Positions 12,437 through 25,357 of a DNA stretch of 64,000 bases are shown one piece after another. Position 1 is the first letter of the stretch, and every line of letters starts with the position of its first letter. Position numbers and translations under genes: made by a program. The notes beneath the pieces are model-generated. The model was given only the letters and a program-made list of their open reading frames with translations. It ran no database searches and had not been told where the DNA came from. Origin of the DNA: Octopus bimaculoides (taxonomy: Eukaryota); contig NC_068982.1 of NCBI RefSeq assembly GCF_001194135.2, forward strand, positions 110,028,774 through 110,092,773. The letters are read 5' to 3'.

Positions 12437-13673
12437 TTATGTATATATGTATGTATGTATGTATGTGTGAATGGCTTCAGTGACGCACACTCACATACAT
12501 ACACGCACACAGGTTGTTTTAATCGATTTTCTCGGTAACTATGGGGGAGGTTAGGAAAAATACAAAGCGCGTTCCAATCTATGCACCCGTCTCCACATGT
12601 GTGCCATTTTTCACGCGAATCCACCTAGCCGTTTGGCCACGAACCTCGAAACAAGAAAGAATACAACGGTCGCCCATATTCAATTTATATTATAGAAGAT
12701 AATTAAAAAAATTAATTTTTTAAAGCGCAAAAAATATTTTGAGTTATTTTTTTATTTTTAATAGAAGTAACAAGCAATTACAAATAGAAGTAATAACTTG
12801 TAATAAAATTTTTAGTTTTAATAAAAGCTAATATTTTCTAAATCTAAATATTTTATTTGAAATTTTATCCTTAGCTGCAATATTTTAAGTAAAAATGTTC
12901 TTGTTCTGTACTTTCACAGATGTAATAACTTNNNNNNNNNNNNNNNNNNNNNNNNNNNNNNNNNNNNNNNNNNNNNNNNNNNNNNNNNNNNNNNNNNNNN
13001 NNNNNNNNNNNNNNNNNNNNNNNNNNNNNNNNNNNNNNNNNNNNNNNNNNNNNNNNNNNNNNNNNNNNNNNNNNNNNNNNNNNNNNNNNNNNNNNNNNNN
13101 NNNNNNNNNNNNNNNNNNNNNNNNNNNNNNNNNNNNNNNNNNNNNNNNNNNNNNNNNNNNNNNNNNNNNNNNNNNNNNNNNNNNNNNNNNNNNNNNNNNN
13201 NNNNNNNNNNNNNNNNNNNNNNNNNNNNNNNNNNNNNNNNNNNNNNNNNNNNNNNNNNNNNNNNNNNNNNNNNNNNNNNNNNNNNNNNNNNNNNNNNNNN
13301 NNNNNNNNNNNNNNNNNNNNNNNNNNNNNNNNNNNNNNNNNNNNNNNNNNNNNNNNNNNNNNNNNNNNNNNNNNNNNNNNNNNNNNNNNNNNNNNNNNNN
13401 NNNNNNNNNNNNNNNNNNNNNNNNNNNNNNNNNNNNNNNNNNNNNNNNNNNNNNNNNNNNNNNNNNNNNNNNNNNNNNNNNNNNNNNNNNNNNNNNNNNN
13501 NNNNNNNNNNNNNTATATATGTATATATAAAGAATATGAGAGGTTTAGTTCACTTGTGATCTAAACGAATAGGTACGCTAGATAAGTGTTATAGCTGGTC
13601 GACCATTAGGCTACAAGATCCAAGGCTGGATCTAGGGATCCGTGTTAGGGTCCCGTTATAGCCTGTATATATC

Positions 13674-14239
13674 ATATTAGAGGAAAAATCAAAACCAAGG
13701 CAGAACGAGTATCTGAAAACTTTTTTAATAATTTAATTAGGGTGAGGTGAATTTGAAGTCTTACAGCAGTTTCTGGGATAACCAAACTGGTTGGTTAGCA
13801 TACCCGTTACAATATAAATCAGAACACTGCCAAAATATTGCCTGGATTTAACTGAGATTTTAACTAAAAACCTGTACCTTCATGGAAGTAACGACCAACA
13901 TCCATATCCTCTGGAAAAAGATGAGTAGTGAACATTATTCTCCTGCCAATATTCTTCTAACTACTTTTACTCTTCATTCTTCTATTTCACTACTTTATTC
14001 TTCTATTTTATTCTTTATAAACTGTAAATCTTATTCCTCGTAAACTGTAAATTTTCCCCGCCTAAAATATTCATACTTTGTCTCTGATGACGGAGTAACC
14101 AGTGTACGGATATGCTAATCAACCACTTTGGTTATCCCAGAAACAGCTGTAAGACTTCAAATTCATCTTACCCTAATTAAATTATTCTAAATGACTTGAG
14201 ATACTCGCTCTGTCTTAGTTTTGATTTTTCCTCTAATAT
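13674..14239 (+). mobile_element. Penelope-like element terminus with inverted, truncated pseudo-LTR
   Basis: 13674-13810 is the reverse complement of 14104-14239 (about 85% identity); the right arm overlaps a hammerhead motif. Confidence 0.7.
14080..14155 (+). ncRNA. Type-I hammerhead ribozyme motif, intact core
   Basis: GTCT 14080-83 / AGAC 14152-55 (helix I); CTGATGA 14084-90; helix II CGGAGTAACC/GGTTATCCCA (8 of 10 pairs) extended by AGTG/CACT; GAAA 14140-43; palindromic ACAGCTGT; GUA triplet ending at 14151. Confidence 0.75.
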
Positions 14240-16442
14240 AATATATTTATATATCACATTTTGTACTCTACAAGTGCAAGAAGAGAGAGATATCGTTAGT
14301 ATAGAATTTTGTGTAGTAAGTTAGCGTAAACAACGCAGTTTTCATTTTAAAGTCTTAAAATAACTAGGTTAGACTATCTACATTATAATTTTCATCGGGT
14401 TAGATTTTATCTTCCATCATTTAAGACGTCAAATAAACATATACCAATTGATTGAGGTGACTAAGTCCTGTCAGGAGGATTTAATCAATTTTATCTCTCC
14501 TTCTCTCTCTCCCTCTCTCTTTCTATCTATCTATATGTCTGTCTATCTCTCAAAGTATCTATCTATTTCTCCTATTGTATGCAGTGTAAAGAAATCTATG
14601 TAGATCGGGGCAAGTAAGAGGGAGACTGGATTCAAAATAAAGGCTCCTTTTCAAGATCTGTATATAGTTTGGTGTCTATACTGATGTATATGATTGTATT
14701 GGCCTTAGTGAATATTGTGAAACACGTTATCCATTGTATCTTCAGAATAGCTATGTATTTCGAACAAGTATATCTTTCAGCCTACTGATTCAAAAAGGAG
14801 CAACTCTGTAATCAGTAACTATTTCGATAAATTTGTGTCCAGAACACCAGTCTGCCCGTTCTGAAAGATTTAATTTTAATCGTTCGCTTAAAGAACAAAT
14901 GCGCTTAATTAGCAAAAATAATATATGAATTAGAAAGTCTTCATTGAACATACCGAAAATAGTTTTGTGATATGAGATTAGTGTCCATGATAAGTGGTAA
15001 AAAAGTGATTTGCAAATGGAAATGCTAAATGTCACAAACTAAAATATGCAAAATGCTTCTCGGATATTATTGTTTCGTGAGACTATACTAAAACAAAAGA
15101 CGAGGATGGCTATTTTCAAAGTACTTCATTTTTCAGGATTCTAATGCTAGTATGCTACTAAATTATTTATAGAGGTGCAAACACATGGTTGACGGACGCC
15201 ATAGTGTAAGAAAATTACTCATGTTGATCTTAGTTTGCGTCACAGTTTTATTGGCGATAGGATCCTTTCCAATTCCATTTATGCCGCTTTTGGCTCATAA
15301 GCCGAAAAAAATATGATCGTCACATTGTCTCATTTTCTTTCTTTTTAAATCTGAAGCTTTGCTCTAACGTAAGAAATCAATAGACTGACTGAGGAGACGG
15401 TGGAAGCTGGTAGATCTAGAGACGTTCAAAAGATTAATACAGACATTATGGCGATTACTGATAACATTGTGGTGCTGATAGTACTGAGGGTAATGCATTA
15501 CGATCAAAAGTGACGGAAATATTTGAAGACAGACTTAGTCCGAAGAATCAAGAATATCTATTATACTGTAGTAATGGTGTTTGGATGACTGAATTACATA
15601 GAAAACATTTACGAAAACAAATAATAAAACAAAATCGAAATGACTAAAATAATGCACCTATGGTTGCCAGTATAGATATCAAAAATCTACATAAAAAAGA
15701 ACTATATATATACTTTGTTTTCCAGACTACCGCTAATAAATCTAATATAATTCTATCTAATTTGTTTCTCATATCAGCGCCGCTACCAAAGGCTTTGCTG
15801 TAATGGTGTGAGCTTTTTTAATTTAATTTTGCAGATGAATCCACTGACCACTATTTATTGAATTGCAATCAACCTCAACTTTCATTGGTTGCTGCTAGCC
15901 GGAACTGACGAGATAGTACTCGGCCAATGGTTTGTTCTGCTTTGACTCACAATGCTGGATGTATGGAATGGAAGAAAGAATTCGCTTTTGCGTAGTCATA
16001 CAATAGGTCATAATGTCAAAAATAAGCTATTCTTAAACACTAACATAAAACTATCACTCACATACACACAGGAACCTATCCACCACATCAACAAATTTTT
16101 GTTCTTGATTTTATCTTGTGCATACGGATACAAATCTAAAGTTACGCTACTCATACACCCACGCACGCGTGCGCGCACACGCACGCATGCACACACACTT
16201 AAAATCATATTCATGAGCATATACATTTATTTTCACATTTAGATATTATATTTCATCATACATACACATTAGAACATAAATGGTCATTATTACTTGCATA
16301 AAGGAAAAAGTGTTGTTTACCAATAACAAACACCTTCATATAAATACACTGATACCATTTCACACATACTTCGCCAAATATGCATATCAGAAAACAAAGT
16401 TCATTTTCGCCATAAATATATATAATCGTATATATATATTAG

Positions 16443-16638
16443 TTTCAAATTTTGACACAAGGCCAGCAAGTTCAGGGAAGGGGTAAGTCGTTTACATCGA
16501 CCTCAGTGATCCACTGGTACTTATTTTATTAACCCCGAAAAGATGAATGGCGGAATTTGAACTCAGCACGTAAAGACGTACAAAATGCCGCTAAGCATTT
16601 TGTCCGACGTGCTAACCATTGTGGCAGCTCGCCGCCTT
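16443..16638 (-). mobile_element. SINE family C
   Basis: Reverse complement starts AAGGCGGCGAGCTGCCACAATGGTTAGCACG..GAGTTCAAATTCCGCC and ends CCTTGTGTCAAAATTTGAAA; many copies in the window. Confidence 0.85.
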
Positions 16639-16739
16639 ATAGGTATGTATATATATATGTATATATACATATATATANNNNNNNNNNCATTGTGGCAGCT
16701 CGCCGCCTTATAGGTATGTATATATATATGTATATAGTG

Positions 16740-18490
16740 ATGTAACGGTCATTCATATGGTACAATCATCAGTCATGTAATATAGTGGTCAGTACTGTAC
16801 AAAATGTATCATTAATGTGATGTATTGACCAGTACTGCTCAGTAGTTTTCATTACTGCAAAGTTGTGGTCACTACCATAATGGAGCGGTTAACGACATGA
16901 TGTAGTAGTTAGTCCTGTAACATATTAGTCAAATATTTGCAACAGTAGTCGATAATGTTCAGTAGTCGCCTGTCTGTATATGAGCGGTCAGTTCTATAAC
17001 GGTAATCAGTATTTTTCCATGATAGTCTGTCCTGTATAGTGGTGGTCAATTCTGTACAAAGATTATAAGCAATGTACTGTACTGGATTTTTCAGCCCACT
17101 GGAGCTCAGTTCTAGGTTGCAGTGACCAGTTCAGTACGGTGGTCGTCAGTCATGTGCAGTAATAGTCATTCTGTTCAGCGATTATCATTAATTATTATTA
17201 TGACGGTCAGATCTGTACAGAGGATAGTTAGTAATGTACAGCGTGGTGCATAGTATACACGGTGTCAAGTTACTATTAAGTTTTTTTTAATGTAGTCAGT
17301 ACTATAATTTAGTTGCTCGTCCTATGTTTTAATACAGCACAGTGCTCAGCCTTGTAATGACATTATAATAAATATTATAGTAAACATAAAGCAGCGGTCA
17401 GTATTGTAATGAAGGTATTCACTCCACATTGTATAGATTATCACTATAATGTATGAGTTTAGTACTGTGCAATGGTGATCAGAAGTGTAGTGTTCATTAT
17501 ATGGCCATTGTTGTTATTCAGTGACTATTTATCTAGTCAGTATTATGATGTAGTCGTCAGTATGTTCATCTAGTGACCAGCATTGTTATCTAGTGGCCAA
17601 TACTTTAATGTAATGGCCAGTTCAGTTATTCAGTGGTTAGTAATGTTATCCAATTGGCAGTATCGTCACCGAGGGGACATTACTGTGATATAATGGTCAT
17701 CACTGTCATATTGTGCTCAGTGCTTTCTTATGGTCAATACAGTTATCTAATGCCCAGTATCGGTATTTAGTACTCAGTACTGTTATCTGGTGGTCAGTAC
17801 AATTATCAGGTGTTCAATAATGTGGCGTAGAGTCCAATATTGTGATATAGTGGCGTATATCATTATCTTATGATCACTACTCTTATCTAGTGTCCAGTAC
17901 TTTGGTGCAGGAGTCAGGTCTGTTATCTATTAAACAATTATCATTGCCCAGTATCTAGTATTTTGATGTGTGGGCAGTACTATTATCTAGTAGTCAGAAT
18001 TGTTATCTAGTCATAAGTGCGGTTATCTAATGGTCTTATCTAAAGGCCAGTACTGCTATAGATAATAGTACTGTTAGTAGACACTACTATTCTCTAGTGG
18101 TCAGTATTGTAACGCAGTGTTCAGTACTGTTATGAAATGGCAGCTCTCTTCCCTAGCGACTAGCGCTATTATGTAATGGTCATTACTGTTATCTCATTGT
18201 TAATAGCGTTATGCTCTGCTCATTACCATTATTTAGTGATAACTACAGTAATATAATACTCAGTATTCTTATCTATGGGTCATTACAGTTATCTAGTGGT
18301 CAGTACTGTGATGTAGTAGCCAGTGTTGTTATTTTGGGGTCAGATCTGTGTTGTAGTGGTAAGCGGTATTCAGAAGTGTTATCGATTGGTCAGTACTCTA
18401 ATGGTTAGTACTATTATCTAATCAGTAATGTATTGTAGTGGTGATTATTGCTATATATAATACGAGTACAGTACTGTGATGTAGTGGCCT
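16740..18490. repeat. Degenerate ~20-bp minisatellite, consensus about ATCTAGTGGTCAGTACTGTT
   Basis: Recurring TAGTGGTCAGTACTGT variants at roughly 20-bp spacing throughout. Confidence 0.8.
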
Positions 18491-18803
18491 GTAAGGGCTT
18501 CTAAAAAGTTAATAATTGTTGGACGCTGAAACATTTTCTTGCACTGAAAAGCAGAACTAGCCATTGGGATACAGTAGTATTAATATCCCCATTCTTCCTA
18601 CAGCTTACCTAGATATTACAAAACTCGTCTTTTCAGAAAAATATGTCTATCTATCTTTATATTAATATATATATGTATAATTATTCTTAACACATTTAAG
18701 CAGGTTCAAACACAAAATATACTAGGTACTATAGTGTACGTTATAAGAAAATAACTTCTTCCTTTTACGATGTTCAACACACTCGGCTCATTGTCACACA
18801 GCA

Positions 18804-18849
18804 TTCTGGGACGCCAGTGTTTCGATGAGTTGCGTCTCGTCAGCCAGAA
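18804..18849 (-). ncRNA. Type-I hammerhead ribozyme motif, intact core, two helix mismatches
   Basis: Minus strand TTCTGG-CTGACGA-GACG-CAACT-CATC-GAAA-CACTGGCG-TC-CCAGAA: 6-bp helix I and a GUC triplet. Confidence 0.65.
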
Positions 18850-20242
18850 GCAGCCGAAACTTTGAACCTAAATGTAGCTGCTGGATTCGTTTCTCCGATG
18901 ACATACTCAGCGAGGAGCAGCATATTTTGCGTCATAAACCGCCAAAAAATGTTAAGAATAAATATGAAAATAACCGCTCCAAATCTCGCTGTACACCTTA
19001 CAAATAACGATTTTTTTATATTTACACGCGCGCGCGCACGCACACACTCATACAATGATACATGCATACATACACACATACACGTGTATGTGTGTGCGCG
19101 CCTCTGTGTGTGTGTGTGGATGATAAATTGAAGGAACTAGGGGATTTTTGTGTCCAATTTCTGACGCCACACTTCTAATTTTCCAGTTTGATGGTGGAAA
19201 CTCTTTTCAATTATACCTATATTACATTACTGATGCCACGGATCTTATAATATCATATTAGTGATATGATACGTATAGTTGAATATCAATATAGTAAGTA
19301 TCAGTAATAGTATAAAGTTCATTTTCATATGCTCATCCTTCCACAACAAACATCTGACTTCTATCCAATCTGAAGGATCAATATATATTTGTGAGATTGC
19401 ATTTTTGTTTTTTGTATAAGAATCATACTCTAATAGATCTATGACATAGAGGTATACAATTAAATACCTGCAACCGACACAGTTCTAGTACACTAGATCA
19501 GTTTTACTGTATTTTTGTCTTTTACTATGCGGCAAAACTAAAAATTGCAGTTGTATCAGAACATGTTCCATTGAAGCACCATTCTCTCTGCCGAGATTAT
19601 CATAGATATAACTATAAAGCTGATGGGGAAGATGAACCCAGCTATATTTCTGGAAATATATCATAAGTAATGCGCACGCATCACATTGTTTGAGCCTAGT
19701 GTATTCATTTTTTATTTTTATTCGATATTAGCTGTGATGGACAGCGAAAAACAAGAATGTATCTTATATAGAGGAAAAAAATTGCTATAGTTTTCAGTCG
19801 AAGCTCATGTATATAGCTTGTCGTTGTGTGAATGGGTATGCTTTTGTGTGTTTCTGTGTTAGTGAATGTGTATCTTGTTATCTGGACTCTGGGCTAGATA
19901 ATTACACACTAGTTCAGAAAACGATTGATGACTGTGGAACAGATGAGTCACAACACTTCCAGTTGGAAATTCTTATGTTCGAAATATAAAATTATAAATA
20001 GGGTTATGGTGCCAAAATTCACACCCACACGACGCTATATTGGTTTATAAGTGAAATAAAGAAAAGAAATTGAGAAGAAAAAATCCATCTTATGACGAAA
20101 AGGCAGGGAGAAGGCGGAGTAATAATTGGAAATAAGGCAGAGACGAAAGAGAAGCTGGTTAATATAGATAAAAAAAGGGAAAATGCAAAACAGAAAATTA
20201 AGATATAGAAAGAAAAAGAGATTAAGAAAATATAAATCTACA

Positions 20243-20319
<77 letters not shown>

Positions 20320-21579
20320 TCATATCAACATATGTACGTATACATACACGTGAATATATTCATACGTACATATATACATAGGCGCGTGTGGACATATATG
20401 TTGGTTGATAGAGACTATGGCAGAGAAACCAATTGCACACCTACGCCCACGTATACTTGCATACGCATTCATACGCATTCATACGCATTATCACATACAA
20501 TGCACAACGCATACATATTCACCTTCACTCATAATAACACGCAGACACATACACGAGTTATAAAAACACGGTTATAATAAATTACATTCTTACTGTTCAT
20601 TGCATAAGAAATGAGAAATTGTCACAAAGATTTTCCATGATGGCCGTTCAATGATGGAAGACTTCAGTAGGTGACTCATCAAGATTCTCCTGCTAGATAC
20701 AACAATAATAGTATCAAAGAGGTCGAAGCAACAACTACTATGATACACAACTATAGGCTGGAGTTGAACTTTGATTCCCTTGAGGAATATGTGTGTTACT
20801 AATTAGAATTACTTGCTAGTTGGGACATATTTTGTATGTGTCTGTCTAGGTATGTACATGGCAATGAATGTGTGTGTGTCTTGGTATGTTCGTATGTATA
20901 TATGTTATGTGTATACGCCTAAGTATGTGTGTAGTTGAGTTTAAGGTATGCTATGTGGAAATGTATATGTAGATATGAATGTGTGTATGTAGGCAATGGT
21001 TGTGTGTGCATGAGAATCTATGTTTGTATGGTGTTTAGCTGCGTGTGTACGAATCTGTAGATGTGTGTGAAAATATGTGAGTGAATATGTGTGAGTAAGT
21101 GTACAGTTTTGCATTTTAGACAATGGAAAACGGATTTGTTGGTGTTTGTGTTGATGCTAGTGGTTATAGCAATGGTTTACATCATCATCGTATTCTGATA
21201 TAAAACTGATGCGCAATATATATTTGGTTATAATATTTGGTATATAATTGATATATCCTGTTGTGGAATTTCAGAATCTATAATGGGAAGAATTATCGTT
21301 TATATTTCAGATTTGGTTAGCCATCTTCAATCAACAGCCGGGATGGAAATTTGTAGAACTGACTGAAGAAAGTAACCAACAGATAAATAAATAAATAATT
21401 TCTGTCATTTATAATAAGCTGATGCAGCTTATACGTTTATTTTTTGCCGAGTCAGAATCTATATAGACACATACAAAATACATTAGACTGAGTGTAGCAG
21501 AGTTTGCGTATAAGTAAACTCAAACACATGAATATAAAGTAGTGCAGACCTATACACACTCACACAAACACAGGCATTA

Positions 21580-21614
<35 letters not shown>

Positions 21615-21655
21615 CGTGTGTATACATAGATACACACACACAAAACACACACATA

Positions 21656-21695
<40 letters not shown>

Positions 21696-21720
21696 AAACT
21701 TTTTGTATTTTTTTTTTTTT

Positions 21721-21930
21721 ACTTGTTTCACTCACTGGAGTGTAGTCATACAGGGGCACCACCTTCAAGGATTTAGACGAAAGAATCAATCCCACTAGTT
21801 ATTTTTTAAAAAGTAGTACTCCTGCTATCGGTCTCTTTTGCCAAACCGCTAACTTACAAGGACGTAAAAAAAAACAGCACAAGTTGTGAAGCGGTGTGTG
21901 ACCGACTCAAAGACACACAGATACACACAC
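21721..21930 (-). mobile_element. SINE family D-related tail, degenerate
   Basis: ACTTGTTTCA..GGGCACCACC..CTATCGGTCTCTTTTGCCAAACCGCTAACTTAC resembles 63745-63880; runs into (CA)n. Confidence 0.6.
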
Positions 21931-22039
21931 ACACACACACACACACACNNNNNNNNNNNNNNNNNNNNNNNNNNNNNNNNNNNNNNNNNNNNNNNNNNTA
22001 TATATATATATATGGGAGAATTTACGAAAAAAACATCAG

Positions 22040-22200
22040 ACGAAGACAGGTGGTGTAAACAACAAATGGGTGTATTAGTTTAACGCTCGGGAATAGAGAA
22101 AGTCCTTCACGTTTCGAGCTACGCTCTTCAACTGAAAGTAACACAGAAAGAAATAAGGAGAGAAACAAGGAGAAAAAAATATAAATGTAGTGGTCAGGGT
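22040..22200 (-). mobile_element. Penelope-like terminal repeat fragment with decayed hammerhead (22104-22138)
   Basis: Minus strand CTTT-CAGTTGA-A-GAGC-GTA-GCTC-GAAA-CGT-G-AAGG. Confidence 0.5.
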
Positions 22201-22210
22201 TATTTATATA

Positions 22211-22572
22211 TGTTTCAATTTAGAACAAACAGTTAGAGGTTGTCATTATAGTACTCGGAGTTTCGAATGTCGGAGCGAAGAGCTACGATACATTCTCGCC
22301 GGCTTTTAATGGCAAGAGACGTTATGTATCACCGTTAAATAAAAGAGAAGTAACTCTAATAGGTGGAAAAAGAAGAAAGATTAAAAAATACATGCAACCA
22401 TATTCTCACAATACATAGCATAAGCCTCCTGCGTTCACAACGTCTACATACGTACACACTCACACAAACATGTATACGTACATGCACACACACACACACG
22501 CACCCACACAAATATCTATGTATGTACGCACTCATACATACACACATATCCACACACGCAAACATGTATATA

Positions 22573-22604
<32 letters not shown>

Positions 22605-22760
22605 CGCAACCACATCCTCTATACACATAGGTGCTTACATGCATACATGTATTATACCATTAATAGCCTACGAGAATATATCGTAGGTCTTTGCTCCGAC
22701 ATTCGAAACTCCGAGTACAATAATGACAATCTTTTACTGTTTGTTCTGAATTATAACAAA
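22211..22760. mobile_element. Foldback/MITE-like element with ~100-bp inverted arms around a microsatellite-rich core
   Basis: 22215-22315 (AGAACAAACAG..GTACTCGGAGTTTCGAATGTCGGAGC..CTACGATACATTCTCG) is the reverse complement of about 22655-22755. Confidence 0.65.
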
Positions 22761-22767
22761 CACACAC

Positions 22768-22805
<38 letters not shown>

Positions 22806-22847
22806 GTATATGTGTGTGTGCGCGCGTGTTTATGTTGCGTGTACGTA

Positions 22848-22928
<81 letters not shown>

Positions 22929-23952
22929 CCCTTATAGAAAAGGGAAAATATCTACCGACTTGAGCGTCATTAGTTTTAAGGAACAACAGTTTATACTGAA
23001 TGCTTTTTTTACCCCAGTAATGACACGTGTTCTATAAATAGACTTACCATCCAGGGTAGTATTCTTCATTCTTAATTCAGCCATGACAGAGAGAACCTAT
23101 GATCAACATTATTCTTTGTTTCTTGATTTTTTTTTTGTTAGTTACCCTGTATATCTACGATTATACCATCGAGTGTATCGTTCCTGTTTCAATATGTATG
23201 TTGTGAGTTGATGAAGGTTCAATCGCTATTTATTAGTCTTTTTGTTTGTTTGTTTTTTTATACAGTGCTATGCTATTTATTATTCGCGCTGTCCCATTGG
23301 TTCTTTTAGAGATTCATTGAAAACATGAGATGAGATGCGTGGACGACTTCTATTTGACTGCTCTGGAATCCCAAGAGCTTACCCAAAATTTGACAATTCA
23401 CGGAACTGCTACAGATGATAGAAGCAGAGTTGTTTCGCAACCATTTACCGTCCAGATATTAAAACAGTCGGTAATATCGGCTTAGCCGGTGATAAGCGTA
23501 TCATGTAGTTGTCATCATCGAGCGTAATTCTTATTGAACAGCTTCTACGGGCCTGAGAAACTAAGACCTACCGATTTAACTCTGAGGTTGTCATATTTTA
23601 CAATCCTTGAAGAGTAGTTGGCCCTTAATAACTACGGCTTTGGACAAGGTGGTTTCCTTTATTCAGTAGCAGTTCAGCCTCCTAAATTTCTTCCATCCGC
23701 ACATTCGATCACGTAACCCGTCTTCACTCTAATTGATGTGTTATGAACACAATTTAAACTATCCACCACATATTATCTGACCAATGATGCGTCCAAAACA
23801 AGATGTCAGTTAAGCTGACAAATTAATCTGTTGCTCTATTTTAAATATAAGAAAAAAAGAATGAATTTCCAGTATATGAAGATATATACATACATACATG
23901 CATACATACATATATCTATATAAGTAGATTAATAGCTATATACTGTATACGC

Positions 23953-24000
<48 letters not shown>

Positions 24001-25323
24001 ATACATACGTATATACTTTGCAGTACTTTATTCCTTTTTCTCTGCTTGGAATGTTTATAACACCAGATTAATTCGTCAGTCTAACTGGCATCTATTTACC
24101 AGCTTGGTAAATAGCTAAATTCCACATCAAATGCTACATGCAATCATTTGGCATCAACCTGTTAAACTCTACTCTTTAACGTAATGCATTGCAATATATT
24201 GTCATTTAACTCTTCAAGCTCAACATTTCCTCAAATCCTTTTTCCTTCTTCTGACTCGTTGTGAACTCCATTGTATATGGAGAATAACCTTCTTTCTGGC
24301 AGTCTCTGATTAAGAAAAGAAAGTTTGTGAGACACGTCCGAATCAATCATTATGACGCTGATACTCGTATATGTTTCCATACCACATCAACGTCATCACT
24401 TATTCTTGTAAAGTTATAAATGTTTGAAATAATTTTATTTCCGTAAATCAATGGCGTAACTTCTGATCAACAAGATCAATCATAGATATTTATGTTTATT
24501 TACTATAACTATAAATTTCTGCGCTGGCCCCTGAAAAATATTTCAAGCGTAAAACCTGAACGTAAAACTCAATCAACTGGCTAAATAGGAAAGAATTGGT
24601 TTAAGAAAATAAATTACGATTGTGTTTGGTACTTACTTTCTTTCACTACTCAGAAAAGCTTCGTTAAGCATGAGTACTCATTCGTAGATATAACGAATTT
24701 ACTTAATTTCTTTGTTTGAAGAAGAGAGCGGCGTATCGGGTTATCTCTACTATGTTGAGCTTACTAAATATGTCTGTCTAGGAGTAAGTCACAATCAAGA
24801 GTCGAAGTTTAACATGAATTCTTTCAGAGATACTGAAAGGTAAGTATATATAGGAAAATTCAACATACACTTTGACTAATCTCTTGGAAAGGATCATAAC
24901 TTCTAGATAGAGTCAACACCAGCATTACCGCACTGATCTCATACGTCGTGCCTACTTAAGTACCTAGATGATTTTTGTATTCAAATCTATCAAAATTTTA
25001 ATCTGCAACGCCTGCTTCGTCTTTCATTTGTCCAACGTTGACAATCCAGTCTTGATTTTATCTGCAATACTCTTGACAAAATAGGTACCGTCATAACCAC
25101 AATCCAATGAAAGGAATCAGTAAAAGAGTACCCTTGTAGCAATTAAGAAAATGCATCTGCATATTGCTAGAAATATTACTCTGGCTGGCTAAAGTGAGTC
25201 ACTCCTATCAATTGGCATGCAGTCAATTACAATTTTGTATTTGTAAAGATTTTGAACGGCTTTTTTACCCGCCAATTCTTATACAAACGTGGGCACAAGG
25301 TCATGCTAACACTCACACGCTCT

Positions 25324-25357
<34 letters not shown>

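Noticed and set aside
14780-15330. Possible old mariner/Tc1 remnant
   Set aside because: Only vague motif resemblance and no TIR pair identified.
15815-15910. Strong splice acceptor TTTAATTTTGCAG followed by a short open frame
   Set aside because: All frames stop within 25 codons; no donor or homology support.
16617-16736. Exact duplication of CATTGTGGCAGCTCGCCGCCTTATAGGTATG on both sides of a 10-N gap
   Set aside because: Typical unmerged contig overlap; assembly artefact.
16740-18490. CRISPR-like array
   Set aside because: Units are contiguous degenerate repeats without unique spacers, in a eukaryotic context with no cas genes.
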